A stretch of 64,000 nt of DNA from positions 27,156,001-27,220,000 of the forward strand of contig OZ260665.1 of the NCBI GenBank assembly GCA_965285935.1, given 5' to 3'. The DNA comes from Ophelia neglecta (Eukaryota). This document shows, piece by piece, positions 51,776-64,000 of the stretch. The notes beneath the pieces were generated by a model, which was not told the DNA's origin, searched no databases, and saw only the letters and a list, made by a program, of their open reading frames with translations. Each line of letters starts with the position of its first letter. Position 1 is the stretch's first letter. A program made the translations under genes and the position numbers.

Positions 51776-54344
51776 TATGTGAATTATGCTCATAGCAAGC
51801 AGGTTTATCTTCTTTGGAATTTTAGTTTAAGCAGACCCTCTGAGAATAGGCCTCTCTCTGTCTTACCAAAGTCTCCCTGCCAAATACACCAAATGCCTTC
51901 ACCTATTTGACCCCTGGCTTCAGGGGCCACCGTAGGCTAATGGTCCTGTAATGCTTATGAGGAATTTGCAAGTTTTTCAAGGTCTCAGTTAGCCAAAATG
52001 AAATATATGCATTGGGAGCAGAAGGGCAGGGTCTTCCAGTGTCACGTGGAGGGTGTGATTTGGCCTTGTTGGGCCTGCCTCCTATGTGGCCATGTTCTCC
52101 CTGCCAGGTTGTTCAAAGGCTGATATTGCCTCCATAACCAGTACTCACTGTACTCCAGTGTGTTATAACACCCCATATAAAACAACAGGACAAAAACGGT
52201 GTTCACCTTGCAAAGACAATCAATGAAAGTACCATTTATTACCCTGATATTAGTACAAAAACTGAACAAAGTTAGCATTTGCTATGACTTCTCCTGGTGT
52301 ATTAACATGGTATGGCTTCCCCCCCGCAGTGTCTCTGTCCTTACACACAATGTAGCACACCTCCCCGGCTTTCAATCCTCTGGCTGATCAATGAATTTCC
52401 ACATTCTCCAAGGCAATATTGATTAAAGACACTGGTGTCCTATTTCATTTGGTGATGGCTGGAGTGTGTGTGCACCTTGAGATTTGTTTAATTCGACTGT
52501 CCAATGAGATTTGTTAACAAGGCGCTGCACGTAAATGAATTTCATTGGTCAATACACCAATTTAAGATTGCTCAGACTCTTAAGGTGATTTTTATAGTTC
52601 CTAAATGATGCCTGCAATCTACAATAGAGAAAAAATAACTCTACCTTCTAAAAGCCCTGACACATAGACACAATACACACCAGAATGTCGATACTCCAGT
52701 GATAAAGTCAGTATTAATCAAGTAATACTGTTTTTTTATTAAAACTTCATGTTCTGTGATAGCATTATTACTATGAGGATGAATTGTTTTTGAGATATTT
52801 GATTAGTTTGGCTTGTGGTCCCTTGTGGTTCATATAAAAGAATTAAGGTCTGAAATGAACTCCCGCCTATTCACGACATCAATAACCCCAGCCTCCTGCT
52901 GCTCCAGGAGCCAAGGGGCTGGAAATATTAAAGTTTGGGACAAATGTTTGAACAAACCACCAGGTGACTTGCAGAACAAAGTCTGAAGCAGTATATGTTT
53001 AAGAAGCAGTAATTAAAGAGTACTGTTTTTTATCTTGAGTACATCATCTACTTTGCATCATCTGTAGAGACTGGACCAGCATGTAGTCAGACTACATCTA
53101 AATACACACATACATGTAGAGATATATGTATGTACAGTAACATGACTTGACTGAATCGCTTTTTTACACAGTTAATGGAAGCAAATGTGTTTTTAAATGC
53201 ATTCAAAAACTGTTTACATCTGGGACTTCCAAGCCTTGTAGGGATCTGTGATAGGCTGAGTTGTAAAAGCTGAGTTGTGAAATTCTGAAATACTCCTTCT
53301 GTTATTTCTACAGCATCCATCATCACCTGCAGTACAAGATGCTCTACATGAGAGGGAGGGAGACACAAGCCCGGCAAAATGACGCAGTTTGAATATAAAT
53401 TTGGCCTTGGCTTTTGCATTAGAATTGAATAATTCAGTATCTCTGGCTAGCCTCCGGTATTGTCTCCTGAAAGTGTACAACAGAGTTTTGTATATATAAA
53501 GGATCTTAAAGTTGGAGGCAGTCTGATATGTTGTCTTTGGATGTGTTGTGTTCAGCAGCACATCAGACAGAGCAGTGTGTGAGGCAGTACTTAATGAGAT
53601 GTGAGCTGAAAGCCAACTCAAGCTCAAGTTGTGCTCACCACTGTCGTCAAAAATCATGTAGACCGATCAGCATTCACAAAGGCTGTGTGAAGCCACCTGC
53701 AAACTGATAGCACAATTTATCTCCACAAACTCTTTTTCTTCCTCTCTATGTGAAAAGAACTGGGGAAAGGAAGAAATTGCCTGTGAAGGCATCTGGATGT
53801 GACCTACCGTATTCCCTCCAATATTTCAGACACCTCAACTTATTTTTTATTCCAGCAATGTGAATAGTTAGAGGAAAATCCAAAATTAATACTTTTTTAA
53901 TTACTAGTTTTTCAAAGTGTCCATAATAGGGCAGGTAGGTGTACCCAGCTACTTCTAATAGCCACTTGCAGCAAAGTTTGAGCCAAAAAACACAGTCCAG
54001 ACCAATTATGAATCTGAGTATAGTAATAAGAAGTTACTAAATGTGTTGAATTATGGGAAACTGGAGTATACACATAAATAGAGTGCTTAAATATTTAGAG
54101 GAATTACGTACTTAGCCTTGGTTAGACTTGTAATTGGACCAAGACACATAGCAGAGCCTGGGAGCAGAGTGCCAAGTGGGCGAGGCAGTCGAGGCAGTCG
54201 AATGGAGGGTCAGTGGGAACCTTGGATTGATGACATACAGGTTCTGTAAGTCACATTCAAAACTTTTGGTTGCATAACTGAATTGTTGTGGCTGTACATT
54301 TTTTCCACCAATATACTCTCATAACAAGGAGAGTGGATTATCAA

Positions 54345-54448
54345 CTCAAAGACAGTTGATTATTAACACAAAGACAGTTGATTATTAGCATCAAGAAAGT
54401 TGATTATTAGCATAAAGAAAGTTGATTATTAACACAAAGACAGTTGGT
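54345..54448. repeat. 22-bp minisatellite, ~5 copies
   Basis: AAAGACAGTTGATTATTAACAC units. Confidence 0.9.
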
Positions 54449-55550
54449 TATAACTGGGACCAGTATACATTTTTCTATTTGAAAATTATACATTAAATGA
54501 TTTTCATCTATACATTAAACCATGCAGTTAATAAGAGTATTTTTCTGGAGTGAGTGAACAAGAAAACACCCAATTGGGTTTAAATATTTTATTAAATGAT
54601 ATTATAAATGTAGTATGTACAATGTTTAATTGATATAAGGTTCAGAAATTATAGTTGCTTATCATTTTACATTTGCAGTTATGCATGATCTGTTGAGCAT
54701 TACAAATGATAAATATGCTGACATTTAAAAGGTATTTACTTGACATTATATGGGGATACGCTGAGGGGACGCCAAGAACGATTGTGACCATTAGGTCACA
54801 TGAAGATACATCCCAAACTAAGGGGGGGGGGGGGGAGGGCTTAGCACAAATACTCTCATATTCCAAAACAAAATAAAAAGTCTAAAGTCATCCAATCTTT
54901 AAAAAGTGCAGCAGATAAGAAATGAGTAATGGTAGGGATTTTCAGATCCTAATGTTACCTTTTTTTCCCCAGGTATTCAGTCTCTTTTTTGTCCAAAGGG
55001 TTTCGAAAAGGTTTCGAACTTGACAATGAATAGATGTTGCCTTATCTTCCAGCTCAGGGCGAAACTCATTTGAGTCATCTTCTCTCCAAAATCCTTATAT
55101 AAATAAAGTTATACATTTTCCTCTTCTTCAGTGTCATATCTTTTGTCTTGTTTTGAGTAAGGAATATATCCTCAATCATGTCTAACTCAAAATTGGGCCA
55201 TCGGTAGCCATGTTGCCGTTGTCTGTACCACACATGTTTCACTAGCCAGACCAGTGCAGCCATATATCCTCAGAAGGTAATAGGGCCTTGTGTTTGTTTG
55301 TTGTTACACAATGTGTATCTAACCCAATTGTTTTAATAAGGAACGATTGTGGACGATCCCACCACAACAGGTGGGAACTATATAGTTTATGAACTGCAGA
55401 GGGTGGGGTAGTGGATTTTGAAAATTGAGACAGGGTTCACAGACAATATTATTATCCATGACATGCAATAAACATCTGTTTATAAGTTATAATTTACTTT
55501 TGTGCATAATGGATTGAAATAAAAAATATACCCATGCCACTAAAATTTTT

Positions 55551-55660
55551 AAGTAAGTTAAATGATTGGGCACTGTGTAATGTGTATTCTTGGACATAAA
55601 GGGGCTCGTGATTTATGTCCATGAACGGATACACAGTGCCTCATCCTTTTACTAATACTT
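55551..55660. repeat. Imperfect ~110-bp palindrome (palindromic MITE-like remnant or hairpin)
   Basis: GGCACTGTGTA pairs with TACACAGTGCC, and TTCTTGGACATAAA with TTTATGTCCATGAA, around an 11-nt loop (55601-55611). The outer arms are weaker. Confidence 0.8.
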
Positions 55661-57876
55661 AACATTCTAATCAATTAACAACACCATATTTGGCAGCAGT
55701 TAATATCCCAGGTGTTGAGAGTTTGTCTGGCTACTGAGTAGTATTCAAGTCTTTCCCTTTGCCTGCCCAGGGGGATTCTCACGACAATGGAGTTGTCCCC
55801 ACTTTCCTTGAGATCCATTTTAAATCCTACACCATGTTGACTGGAAGCGGTTGATGAAGGCCAATTATCAGGTCCGTACCTTACCAGAGGTAACTATGTC
55901 CCAGTAAATCTGTGTGCAGATCAGTCTCCAGCCTTATTAGACCTAATTACCAGTACTATAGCTCTGATTAACAGGGCGGTGTTAAGGTAAAGCCATCTCC
56001 TGCCACCTTGGCCCTCTCCAGCGGCTCAGTAGATCCATTCAGCCCATACAGATCTTGATGGCCGGGGCTATATTGCTGCTTAGTGCACAGTTACCCAAGT
56101 CCAAGCTGTTATTTATGATATCTAAAATAGAGTTTTCTTGTTGTTTTCAATAGAAGTGTGCACTCTGTCAGTATAAATCTGGGTAACTGTACTTGAGAAC
56201 TCCATGCTACCTGACACCTGAAGATGTTCATTATAAAAATCAACCTGGATAATTGTCATTGTGTAATCTATCTTTAAAGTCTGGAACACAGCAGGTTTAT
56301 AAATATTAGCTGGCCGTCTTGATATTAACATCCTGGATTCCCAAGTCATTCCATCCTGCACCCATAAATTAAATTAGTTCAGTTAACCAACTCATAGGAT
56401 TGATGATGTCTGCAGGAGACACAATGCTCCAAAAAGATGCTCGGCCACTTTCATCAACCTGTTGCAGGGACCATTAATTTTCTGATGGAGGAGAACAAAG
56501 CATCTTGGATTGTAATTACTAAATGATGTCAAGATTGGGCCGGGGAAAGTGTTGGATCACATGGGGAAGCGTTGCCTGGCTTCTGGGTCAGTGAGTTGGT
56601 GGTTAATAGCAGTCAGGGTCTGATCTCGACTGATTAATTGCTGTATTTACACTAGTAGATTGGCTCCAGTGAGAAATGCTGTGGCTGGAATACTAAAACA
56701 GGACATGTTCATTCCCATTTGATCCCTGGGGACTAGGGAGGTGGGGGGGGCAGTGGGCCTCATTAGTCATCAACGGCTCATCAGCCACCCCATCTCTGTT
56801 AAACATGTCATGGTCCGGCCACAGGGACAACTAACAAGCTGACAGCTAGGGTGACAATAGACAGACAAGTGACAAGTTCGTCACAACTTTGCTGACAGTC
56901 TTTAGGCTGCCTGCCTATACTAAGGATCAAAACTTAGTACAAGGCAATGCTTTCTTGTAAACTGTTAGATAATCTTTAAGTAGTCTTATAAACTTTAGGC
57001 TGTTGTTTTAGGATTAATTTTTAAAAATTTATATTTCAGTCCTCATTCACCTTTTTTTGTATGTGAAAGTTATAGTTTCTTACTTTTGGTAAATTCTGAT
57101 GTACTTTACTGATTTGGTAATGATAAATAATATTTGATAATGTCCAAGATTAGTGACAAAAGGCTCCTAACAGCATTGTCTGAAATGAGTTCTCACATTC
57201 TTTGATTATTAATTGTTTACTCTCTTGTAATTTTGAAACTTATTAGTCCAGGTACAAAGAAATATTTCTTTGATCTGATATGTCACATCATTCTTGAAAC
57301 TTATGCTCTCTTCTACGTGTGTCAACTGCAGACTTGTATCCAGTTTGCATGATTGGTGGCAATATTTGTGGCCCATCAAAGTCATGTTTTTAGCAACACT
57401 TTGTAAATGATAGCGTCAGAATGGCCCCTAGTGTCCTGTATAAAGCTTCAGAATGGCCGCCAAGCAATATACCAGGATTATTATGAAGAAAGAGGTGTTT
57501 CAAAGCATCAGTCTTTATTTCGGGGTTATGTTCAGGATTTCCATTTCTGACAGAGCAAAGTAGATAAACTCATTTCCCGAGTCCAGTTTTTAGAGTCATA
57601 TAAGTATTATAATGCCAACATGTAAGTCACACTCCCCAGTTCTGTGCATATATGGCATGGAATCTTTTTAGCATCAGACATGTGTATTAATCTTGTTTAC
57701 TATACACTTTGAGTTTGAAGGCAAACGTGGAAACAAAGAAACACCGCATTTTAATATATTAAAAGGCATGGTATGCTTTGTTACCCCAGGAAAACCATAC
57801 TACTTGTTCTATATGCACAGAACTGGGGTATGTCCTAATAAGTTGGAATATTTTTATAATCAGATGCTTCACCTGC

Positions 57877-58056
57877 TACAGTGATACCTTTGAATGGAGA
57901 CCACCCAAGGAAATGGTTTATTGCTGGTCTGACAATGGAGGTAGTCTGTTTACACGTCCTGTTATAGTAAGATTGTACAGTATGGTCTTCATAGTAGTGG
58001 TCTGATGTGTCAGGTGGCCTGAATACAGAGGTGATATTTAAGGCAGATGAGCTGTG
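57877..58056. mobile_element. Tc1/mariner-pogo-type MITE (~180 bp), degenerate
   Basis: TA|CAGTGATACCT left end and GACCACC; the 3' part CAGGTGGCCTGAAT..TAAGGCAG is collinear with the copy at 21335-21523. Confidence 0.65.
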
Positions 58057-58737
58057 TCTGCTTGCAGGTTTAAACGGTCTGACTCACCTCAAGCACCACG
58101 TTTAGTCTTAGACTATTGGCTTCTTACTTTAATACAGTAATAATGATGAAGCTTGGATATTTACAGCTGAGAGCCAGTTGGCTGAAGACACTGGCATGAG
58201 TGCCTTGTGAGGATTTGAGCACCTTTGTCAAGTCAAACAGGGGATTCCTCGGTTGCCCTCGTTAATGGGGGGAAGCAGATCAAATTTCAAAGTGACACCA
58301 GTCTTCATTGGGTCTGGATGGAAACTGATTGATTTGGAATTGTGTTTCATAATTATAGTGATTGACTCGAGCAAATGTTGGCAATAATCAATGACCTAAA
58401 AGACGTGCTTTTCAGATGTGTAGGATCTTGTGATTAACGATGATGATGGTGAAATACCCTGGAAGAATTGTCTTGAAAACCAAGTTATATTAAAAAACCA
58501 GAAAATGACTTACTCAATAGCAGGAGTTTGTTCAGAAATAGTGAACTGCCTTATTTATTAAGTGCAGGTTTGCCAGAGGCATACCTGCAGGTTACCAGTT
58601 AACGCGGGGTTTAAGGCTGGTCCATATTGTTTAAACAGATGACTGGCTGCAGTAACTTTAAAAAGCATGACTCACTTCAAATTGGATATGAGCCACTATA
58701 GAAAGCATTCCCTTGCACAAGGCCTGACTCCTCCAAG

Positions 58738-58792
58738 CCAGGCCTAGCCCTGGCCGATCCAGGCCTAGCCCTGGCCGATCCAGGCCTAGCCC
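58738..58792. repeat. 21-bp tandem repeat x~2.6
   Basis: CCAGGCCTAGCCCTGGCCGAT units. Confidence 0.9.
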
Positions 58793-61621
58793 TTGGCTTT
58801 TCGGCCCAACCTGGGACTTCACCATGGTGCACCTTAACACTGCAGTCAAGCAGTTAACGTACATGCTATTGGCCAAAAAACTATTTTTTTTCCTCAATTT
58901 CATTCCCTTCTCTACCAGTTTAGGCAGTTGGAGATGTTTCTGGTAATATTAGGGATCATTCTCTCACTGCTGCAACAGTGGCAGCTGTTGTTTGTTGTGG
59001 AGAGCTGGGAATGTAAATGTAGGGCCAAAGTCCTGTGTACAGGTTCATTTACACTGTCAGGTATGATATGGATTCCATAAAGGTTTATGGTGACAGGCAG
59101 CACAGTGGTTCCAGTTTTAAGTGGCCCCTCTGGTCAGGTGGACTGAAGGTTGCTGTACTATGTAAAGGTAAATGTCAAGGACAGCCATCTCATCTCTGGC
59201 ACCCATCGGGACTCACAGGGACTAGGCTAGCTACTGGCATCAGTCATAAGCAGCAACCAGTCGAGCACAAGAGTTAAAGCAAAGGGTGAAGCGCAGGCCG
59301 CTTGCTGCATTCATTGATGTACAAGTGGAAAAGTTGTAATAGTACCCAAAATCCGATATTTAGAATATAAAATGCCAGTAACATTGATTTGTTCTTGTAG
59401 TCTGGAACTTTTTTTTTTTTTTTTGGCATAGCTTTCATTGTAATTTACTTACGATGAGGAAAACTAGTGAGACTGACATAGAGGTGCAGCCTCTGATTAA
59501 AGGAAACAAGAATATGTTTACAAATGCAAGCCTCCCACCAATTGAAAGGAATATTAAACCCAAGACCCTCCCTCCCTCCCAAAGACCTTTCTCCCCCCCC
59601 CCCCCCTATAATATTTATTTTCTCAAAACACTGGAGGTTGCATAAAATGGTGAGAAATAAAAAACATTATTTTTTTGCCAGTGGCTTTTTTTTGGCATTG
59701 CTATGGCAACTTTTTTTATTCTGATTTCCACCAAAAGTTAATCATTTCATTATAACACTTGTCAGTTGCAGCCCCTTTGCTTCGATACTTTCTGCGCAAT
59801 CTTGTTAATGTCCTTTGTCACCATATTGCTGTACAGGAAGTAGTATAGGCACTAGGATAGCACCACCTGTCCCAGGCCTATATACCATACCTGTGGAATA
59901 TAGTTACTACGGGCCTAACAGTTGCTGAATTATGGCCAAAACAAAGCTGTGGAGGACATGTCCCATAATACTAACCTGACAGATAGAAAAATGTCCTAAC
60001 CACCAATTAATACTAGTTGATTAAAGCTTACTTAACAACCAGGTACAGCAGGCCTAATAAGTCTCCTCAAATGTGAAATTTATTTCCAGGCAGATGCCTA
60101 CAGTTTGGTTACACAACTAATAATTACTGTTATTATCAGCTCCAGATATTGATCAAGTAAGATATGAACTGAATGAGATTGATTGTTCAGCAACCGGAAA
60201 GTAGGAGGAATCACTTTGGTTTTGATTCTCCAAATTTCTTACCCCACAATAAACTCTTAGGCTGGAAATGTTGGTTAGAAATGTTGAAATGCAGTAAAAT
60301 AATTTTCGTTTGATGGGTCTGTGAATAATTATATCTTTCTAGTGAAGAATTTGTTGAAATCCTAGTTAGTGTTATCAGTGACAAACCAGGACAAAGTTAA
60401 CCGCTCTAACAGCTGTCATGAAAGTTACATGAAATGTTCATGTAAGCTTTCTGTTTTCCAGTAGTATTGACCAGTTTTAAAGATGTGTAGTGTGGTTAGT
60501 GTGTACATTCTCTGTTTCTTTTTGTACACCAGTCCAGAGTGCGTCAGCAGGTCCTTGTAAGCAGTGGCCGAAATCCTCCAAGCCATCACCAATATATTAA
60601 AGGAGTGTCTAATCAAGCATTAGGATAAAAGATTAAGATCCGTATTAAATCAGCTGAGGTGGTGCTGGTGAGGCTACAGACAGCTCGGTGGTCATTTGAA
60701 TCATATCCATGCCAGTGGATTTGAACTGTATTTGAACTGTATTTGATTGTGTATTTGCCGTTGTATGCCTGTGTTTTGAGTGTATGCCCCTGTTCTTGCT
60801 GTCAAGGGACATATATACGAGGTGGTCCATACGGTTATGATGTTGGTCAACAAAACTAGCATGTCTTTAAGTGCTCTTATCTCCCCCCCCCCCCCCCCAA
60901 ACCCAGTGTTTTATAAATCTGCCCAGCGTTGAAGGGGGCCCTGATTATGCTACACATGGTTTATGGTTACCGAGTGGGTTTGGTAGAAAGTTTACGACAG
61001 GTACTTTACAAACAGGGCGACCCTTGACCAGTCGTATACTGGGCTGGCAGGCGTTTTTGACGCAATAAACTGTAGTTGGTCCATTGTATAAATGGGCGAT
61101 GGTCACAGGTCTATTTCTCACACGAATGTACCTGCTGTATGAAACAAATCACTAGATAAACAAGACCTTATTAAGATTAATTTTCTTGTTGTAAGTTTAT
61201 GGAATATATAGTTTAGAGTTGTGTAGAGGATATGGTTGAGATGGTTGTTCTCTTGGACCAGACCTATTTTGAGGTAGGCTTGTAACTAGTTTCTTATAGG
61301 GCTTGTGTTTAGAGTGATTGCATTTTTTTTGCAAAATTCTATATTGACTATTTTATGAGGGAATGCTGCCAATGACTGAAAAATTGGAAAGAATTAGTGC
61401 ATAAATTTACCCATGCTATTGTACTAGATAGTATATACAATTGCCGTGACTATGATTATTCAAAATGTACATAATACGGTTTCTCCACAAGTTCATACAT
61501 GTCAGTATATGAATATTAGAGGGTATTATTAGTAGAGATTGGTTAATGATGTGTTTATTTTAAAATTTTCCAGTTTTTCTAATGAATTTCTAGTTTAGTA
61601 TATGATAATATTTGAGAGATG

Positions 61622-61653
61622 CTTATCCATCCTTTTCTTATTTTCAGGTATGT
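61622..61653 (+). other. Juxtaposed 3'/5' splice-site motif (candidate recursive splice site)
   Basis: cttatccatccttttcttattttCAG|GTATGT. Confidence 0.35.
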
Positions 61654-62174
61654 ACATTTCTCTCAGAGTTTGTGAAGTGATTTTCAGAACACTCGTTGTA
61701 ATGGTCAGCCCAGTGGAAACGACAAGGTAATCAGGAGGGTGGGGTGAAGACTTAAGTGAGCAGGATCACCATAAGTGATATCTCTTATCTCCTGTCTTCT
61801 CTCAACTCATAAGAGGGCAACTCACAAGCTCCTTGTATTAGTCAAAGCCTTTCTAAATGAGTGGCCATCTCTCAAATTAAATGTTCAGATGGCTTGTCTG
61901 ACAGTTTTGACGGGTAATCCCAATAGCTTAATATTATGTGTAGCCGGTCTCCGGGCGGCTGTAACCACGACGTAAATGTCGTGCTCGCCCTGTTTCTGCT
62001 GACAATTGGAGTATGATTTGTCTGTATAATGAGTAGTAGTTGCTGTGTTTCGTGCCATGGTTCGATAATTGAGCTTTGGAGATAGGCATGTTAGATGATT
62101 ACTTGACACAGATAGATTCTCCACAAAGACAGCAGTCTAAGATATAAATATCTTATATTATATCTTTAATAGTA

Positions 62175-62590
62175 GGCTGGGGGTCTGATGTGTAACTGTC
62201 TTACTATACCTTTAAACAAAGAAATGGGCTCCCATATATAATGATCACATTATTCTTTTTAAACAAAGATAGGGGGTCTAGAATATAACTATATCTCACC
62301 GTACTTTTAAACAAAGTCATTGGGTCTTATGTATTATTTGTAAATTGTACTTTTTAAAGTGACAGAGGGGTTTAATACGAAACTATCTTATTCTACTTTC
62401 TGAGCAAAGACTTGGCGTCTGATATGTAACTATCTGGCTGTAATCTGTAAACAAAGACAGGGGTTAATACCTAACTATGTTATTGCTCATGTAAACAAGG
62501 ACAAGGGTGTTAATATGTAACTGTTTCAGTGCAACTTTATACAAAAACAGAGGTGGTTTAATCTTGCAACTATGCAACTATCACACTGTA
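62175..62590. repeat. Degenerate ~46-48-bp minisatellite, ~9 copies
   Basis: Recurring AAACAAAGAC..GGGGT.TAATATGTAACTAT. Confidence 0.8.
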
Positions 62591-63052
62591 CATTACGCAA
62601 ACATTTTGAAACAGAATGAACATGTTTTTGATGGGTAACCTTCTTATTGCTCTTTACTACAGACTTGAGATATCAAATAATATTTTGAGGCAACAGTTGC
62701 CTAATGAATCATTTTTGGCAGTGGCATGAAGCAGCTTGGTGGACAGTGTGGGGAAGCTGCTCCTCCAGAACCAGAGGAAGTATGCCTTGGTATCACACTG
62801 GGATACCGATACATGTACCACTGTAGGAGCCTCCCTAGTAGAAAGCTCTGGCCATTGGGACAGCATGCTGATGATGACACTGATATGAACAAGCAGGATT
62901 TGTCTTTAGTGTGCCCAGTCTTTTGTTGATGTTGGTCTGAGATGTTTTTCCCTTAGTTTTCACAATAAAGTGGATCAGACTCTTGCTTCTAACTATTTAA
63001 GCCTACTTCATTAAAACATTTCCATTCCTTTTATGCTTAAAAGTAGCATAAC

Positions 63053-63565
63053 GTAAATACCTCCCAGGTTATACAGGTTTATAGGGGACAGTCCAGGTAT
63101 TACAAGATAAATACCTCCCAGAGACATGTACAGGTTAATAGGGAACAGTCCAGGTATTACAAGATAAATACCTCCCAGAGACATGTACAGGTTTATAGGG
63201 GACAGTCCAGGTATTACAAGATAAATACCTCCCAGAGACATGTACAGGTTTATAGGGGACAGTCCAGGTATTACAAGATAAATACCTCCCAGAGACATGT
63301 ACAGGTTTATAGGGGACAGTCCAGGTATAACCTCCCAGAGACATGTACAGGTTTATAGGGGACAGTTCAGGTATTACAAGATAAATACCTCCCAGAGACA
63401 TGTACAGGTGTATAGGGGACAGTCCAGGTATTACAAGATAAATACCTCCCAGAGACATGTACAGGTTTATAGAGGGCAGTCCAGGTATAACATCCCAGAG
63501 GCGAGTACAGGTTTATTGATGACAATCTAGATATTACCAGATAAACACCTCCCAGAGACATGTAG
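63053..63565. repeat. 57-bp minisatellite, ~9 copies
   Basis: Unit CCTCCCAGAGACATGTACAGGTTTATAGGGGACAGTCCAGGTATTACAAGATAAATA. It accounts for the repetitive ORFs at 63011-63561. Confidence 0.96.
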
Positions 63566-64000
63566 AGTAGTTAACTATTGATGTATTTCAGTATTTTTCA
63601 GTATATATTTATACATCCCAAATGAAATTTTATTGTATTAAATCCTCAGTGGTTTATTATGATTTGCTAAGAACTTGATAGTAGAGTCCAGTTTATACAT
63701 TGTGTAGCCCCCTTCCTCCAGAAAAGTTGTATGGCCAATCTGTGATTATATAAAATGCCTTAGAAACGGGTTTTAATAACACCATATTATGATGCTTATG
63801 AGGCAGGCAATATTAGTATCTCAGCTTCATATTTTTTAAAGACTGATATTAACTGTTTTTAGACACCATTCAGTGTTTTTTCCTGCCCATTTCTTTCACT
63901 TTCGTTGGTGTTCTGCCTGACAGTGAGCACTCAAGGCTAACTCTCTGTCGTAAATTTATGGCCATATTTGGCATCTAAATTGACTGAAGTCATATTGCAC

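Noticed and set aside
53087-53657. Overlapping minus-strand ORFs of 110 and 147 aa
   Set aside because: No recognisable domain, coding bias or consistent exon boundaries.
57864-57940. Apparent exon (cag|ATGCTT...GAG|gtagtc)
   Set aside because: It lies mostly within the MITE at 57877-58056.
61270-61292. TGAGGTAG let-7 seed
   Set aside because: Seed-only match with no hairpin.
62722-62779. WHEAAWWTVWGSCSS, thrombospondin-1-like peptide
   Set aside because: The downstream C..G...R.R.C pattern is missing and other frames are equally open.
63011-63561. Repetitive ORFs on both strands
   Set aside because: They are translations of the 57-bp minisatellite.
2425-63565. Tandem arrays as CRISPR arrays
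   Set aside because: Units are head-to-tail with no unique spacers, there are no cas genes, and the context is eukaryotic.

Overview
This is animal genomic DNA, most likely from an invertebrate (AT-rich, CpG-depleted, no operons or long ORFs). It is not prokaryotic. A CpG-rich promoter (~180-800) leads into the first coding exon of a + strand gene (ATG 587, donor GAG|GTGGGT at 799/800). I cannot identify this gene. The remaining ~63 kb looks intronic or noncoding, with only a few weak candidate small exons. It carries about 14 unrelated minisatellite arrays, several showing higher-order structure, and four ~180-bp Tc1/mariner-pogo-type MITEs. It also carries a Helentron/DINE-like fragment, a ~110-bp palindrome and an internally deleted PIF/Harbinger element with a recognisable transposase N-terminus. 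Short CpG-retaining, homeodomain-motif-rich patches suggest enhancers. The best leads are a candidate recursive-splicing site (CAG|GTATGT at 61647/61648), a possible enhancer-hosting long-intron architecture, and a Harbinger end replaced by a satellite. I found no new protein-coding system that the sequence alone supports. Almost all listed ORFs look spurious or repeat-derived.
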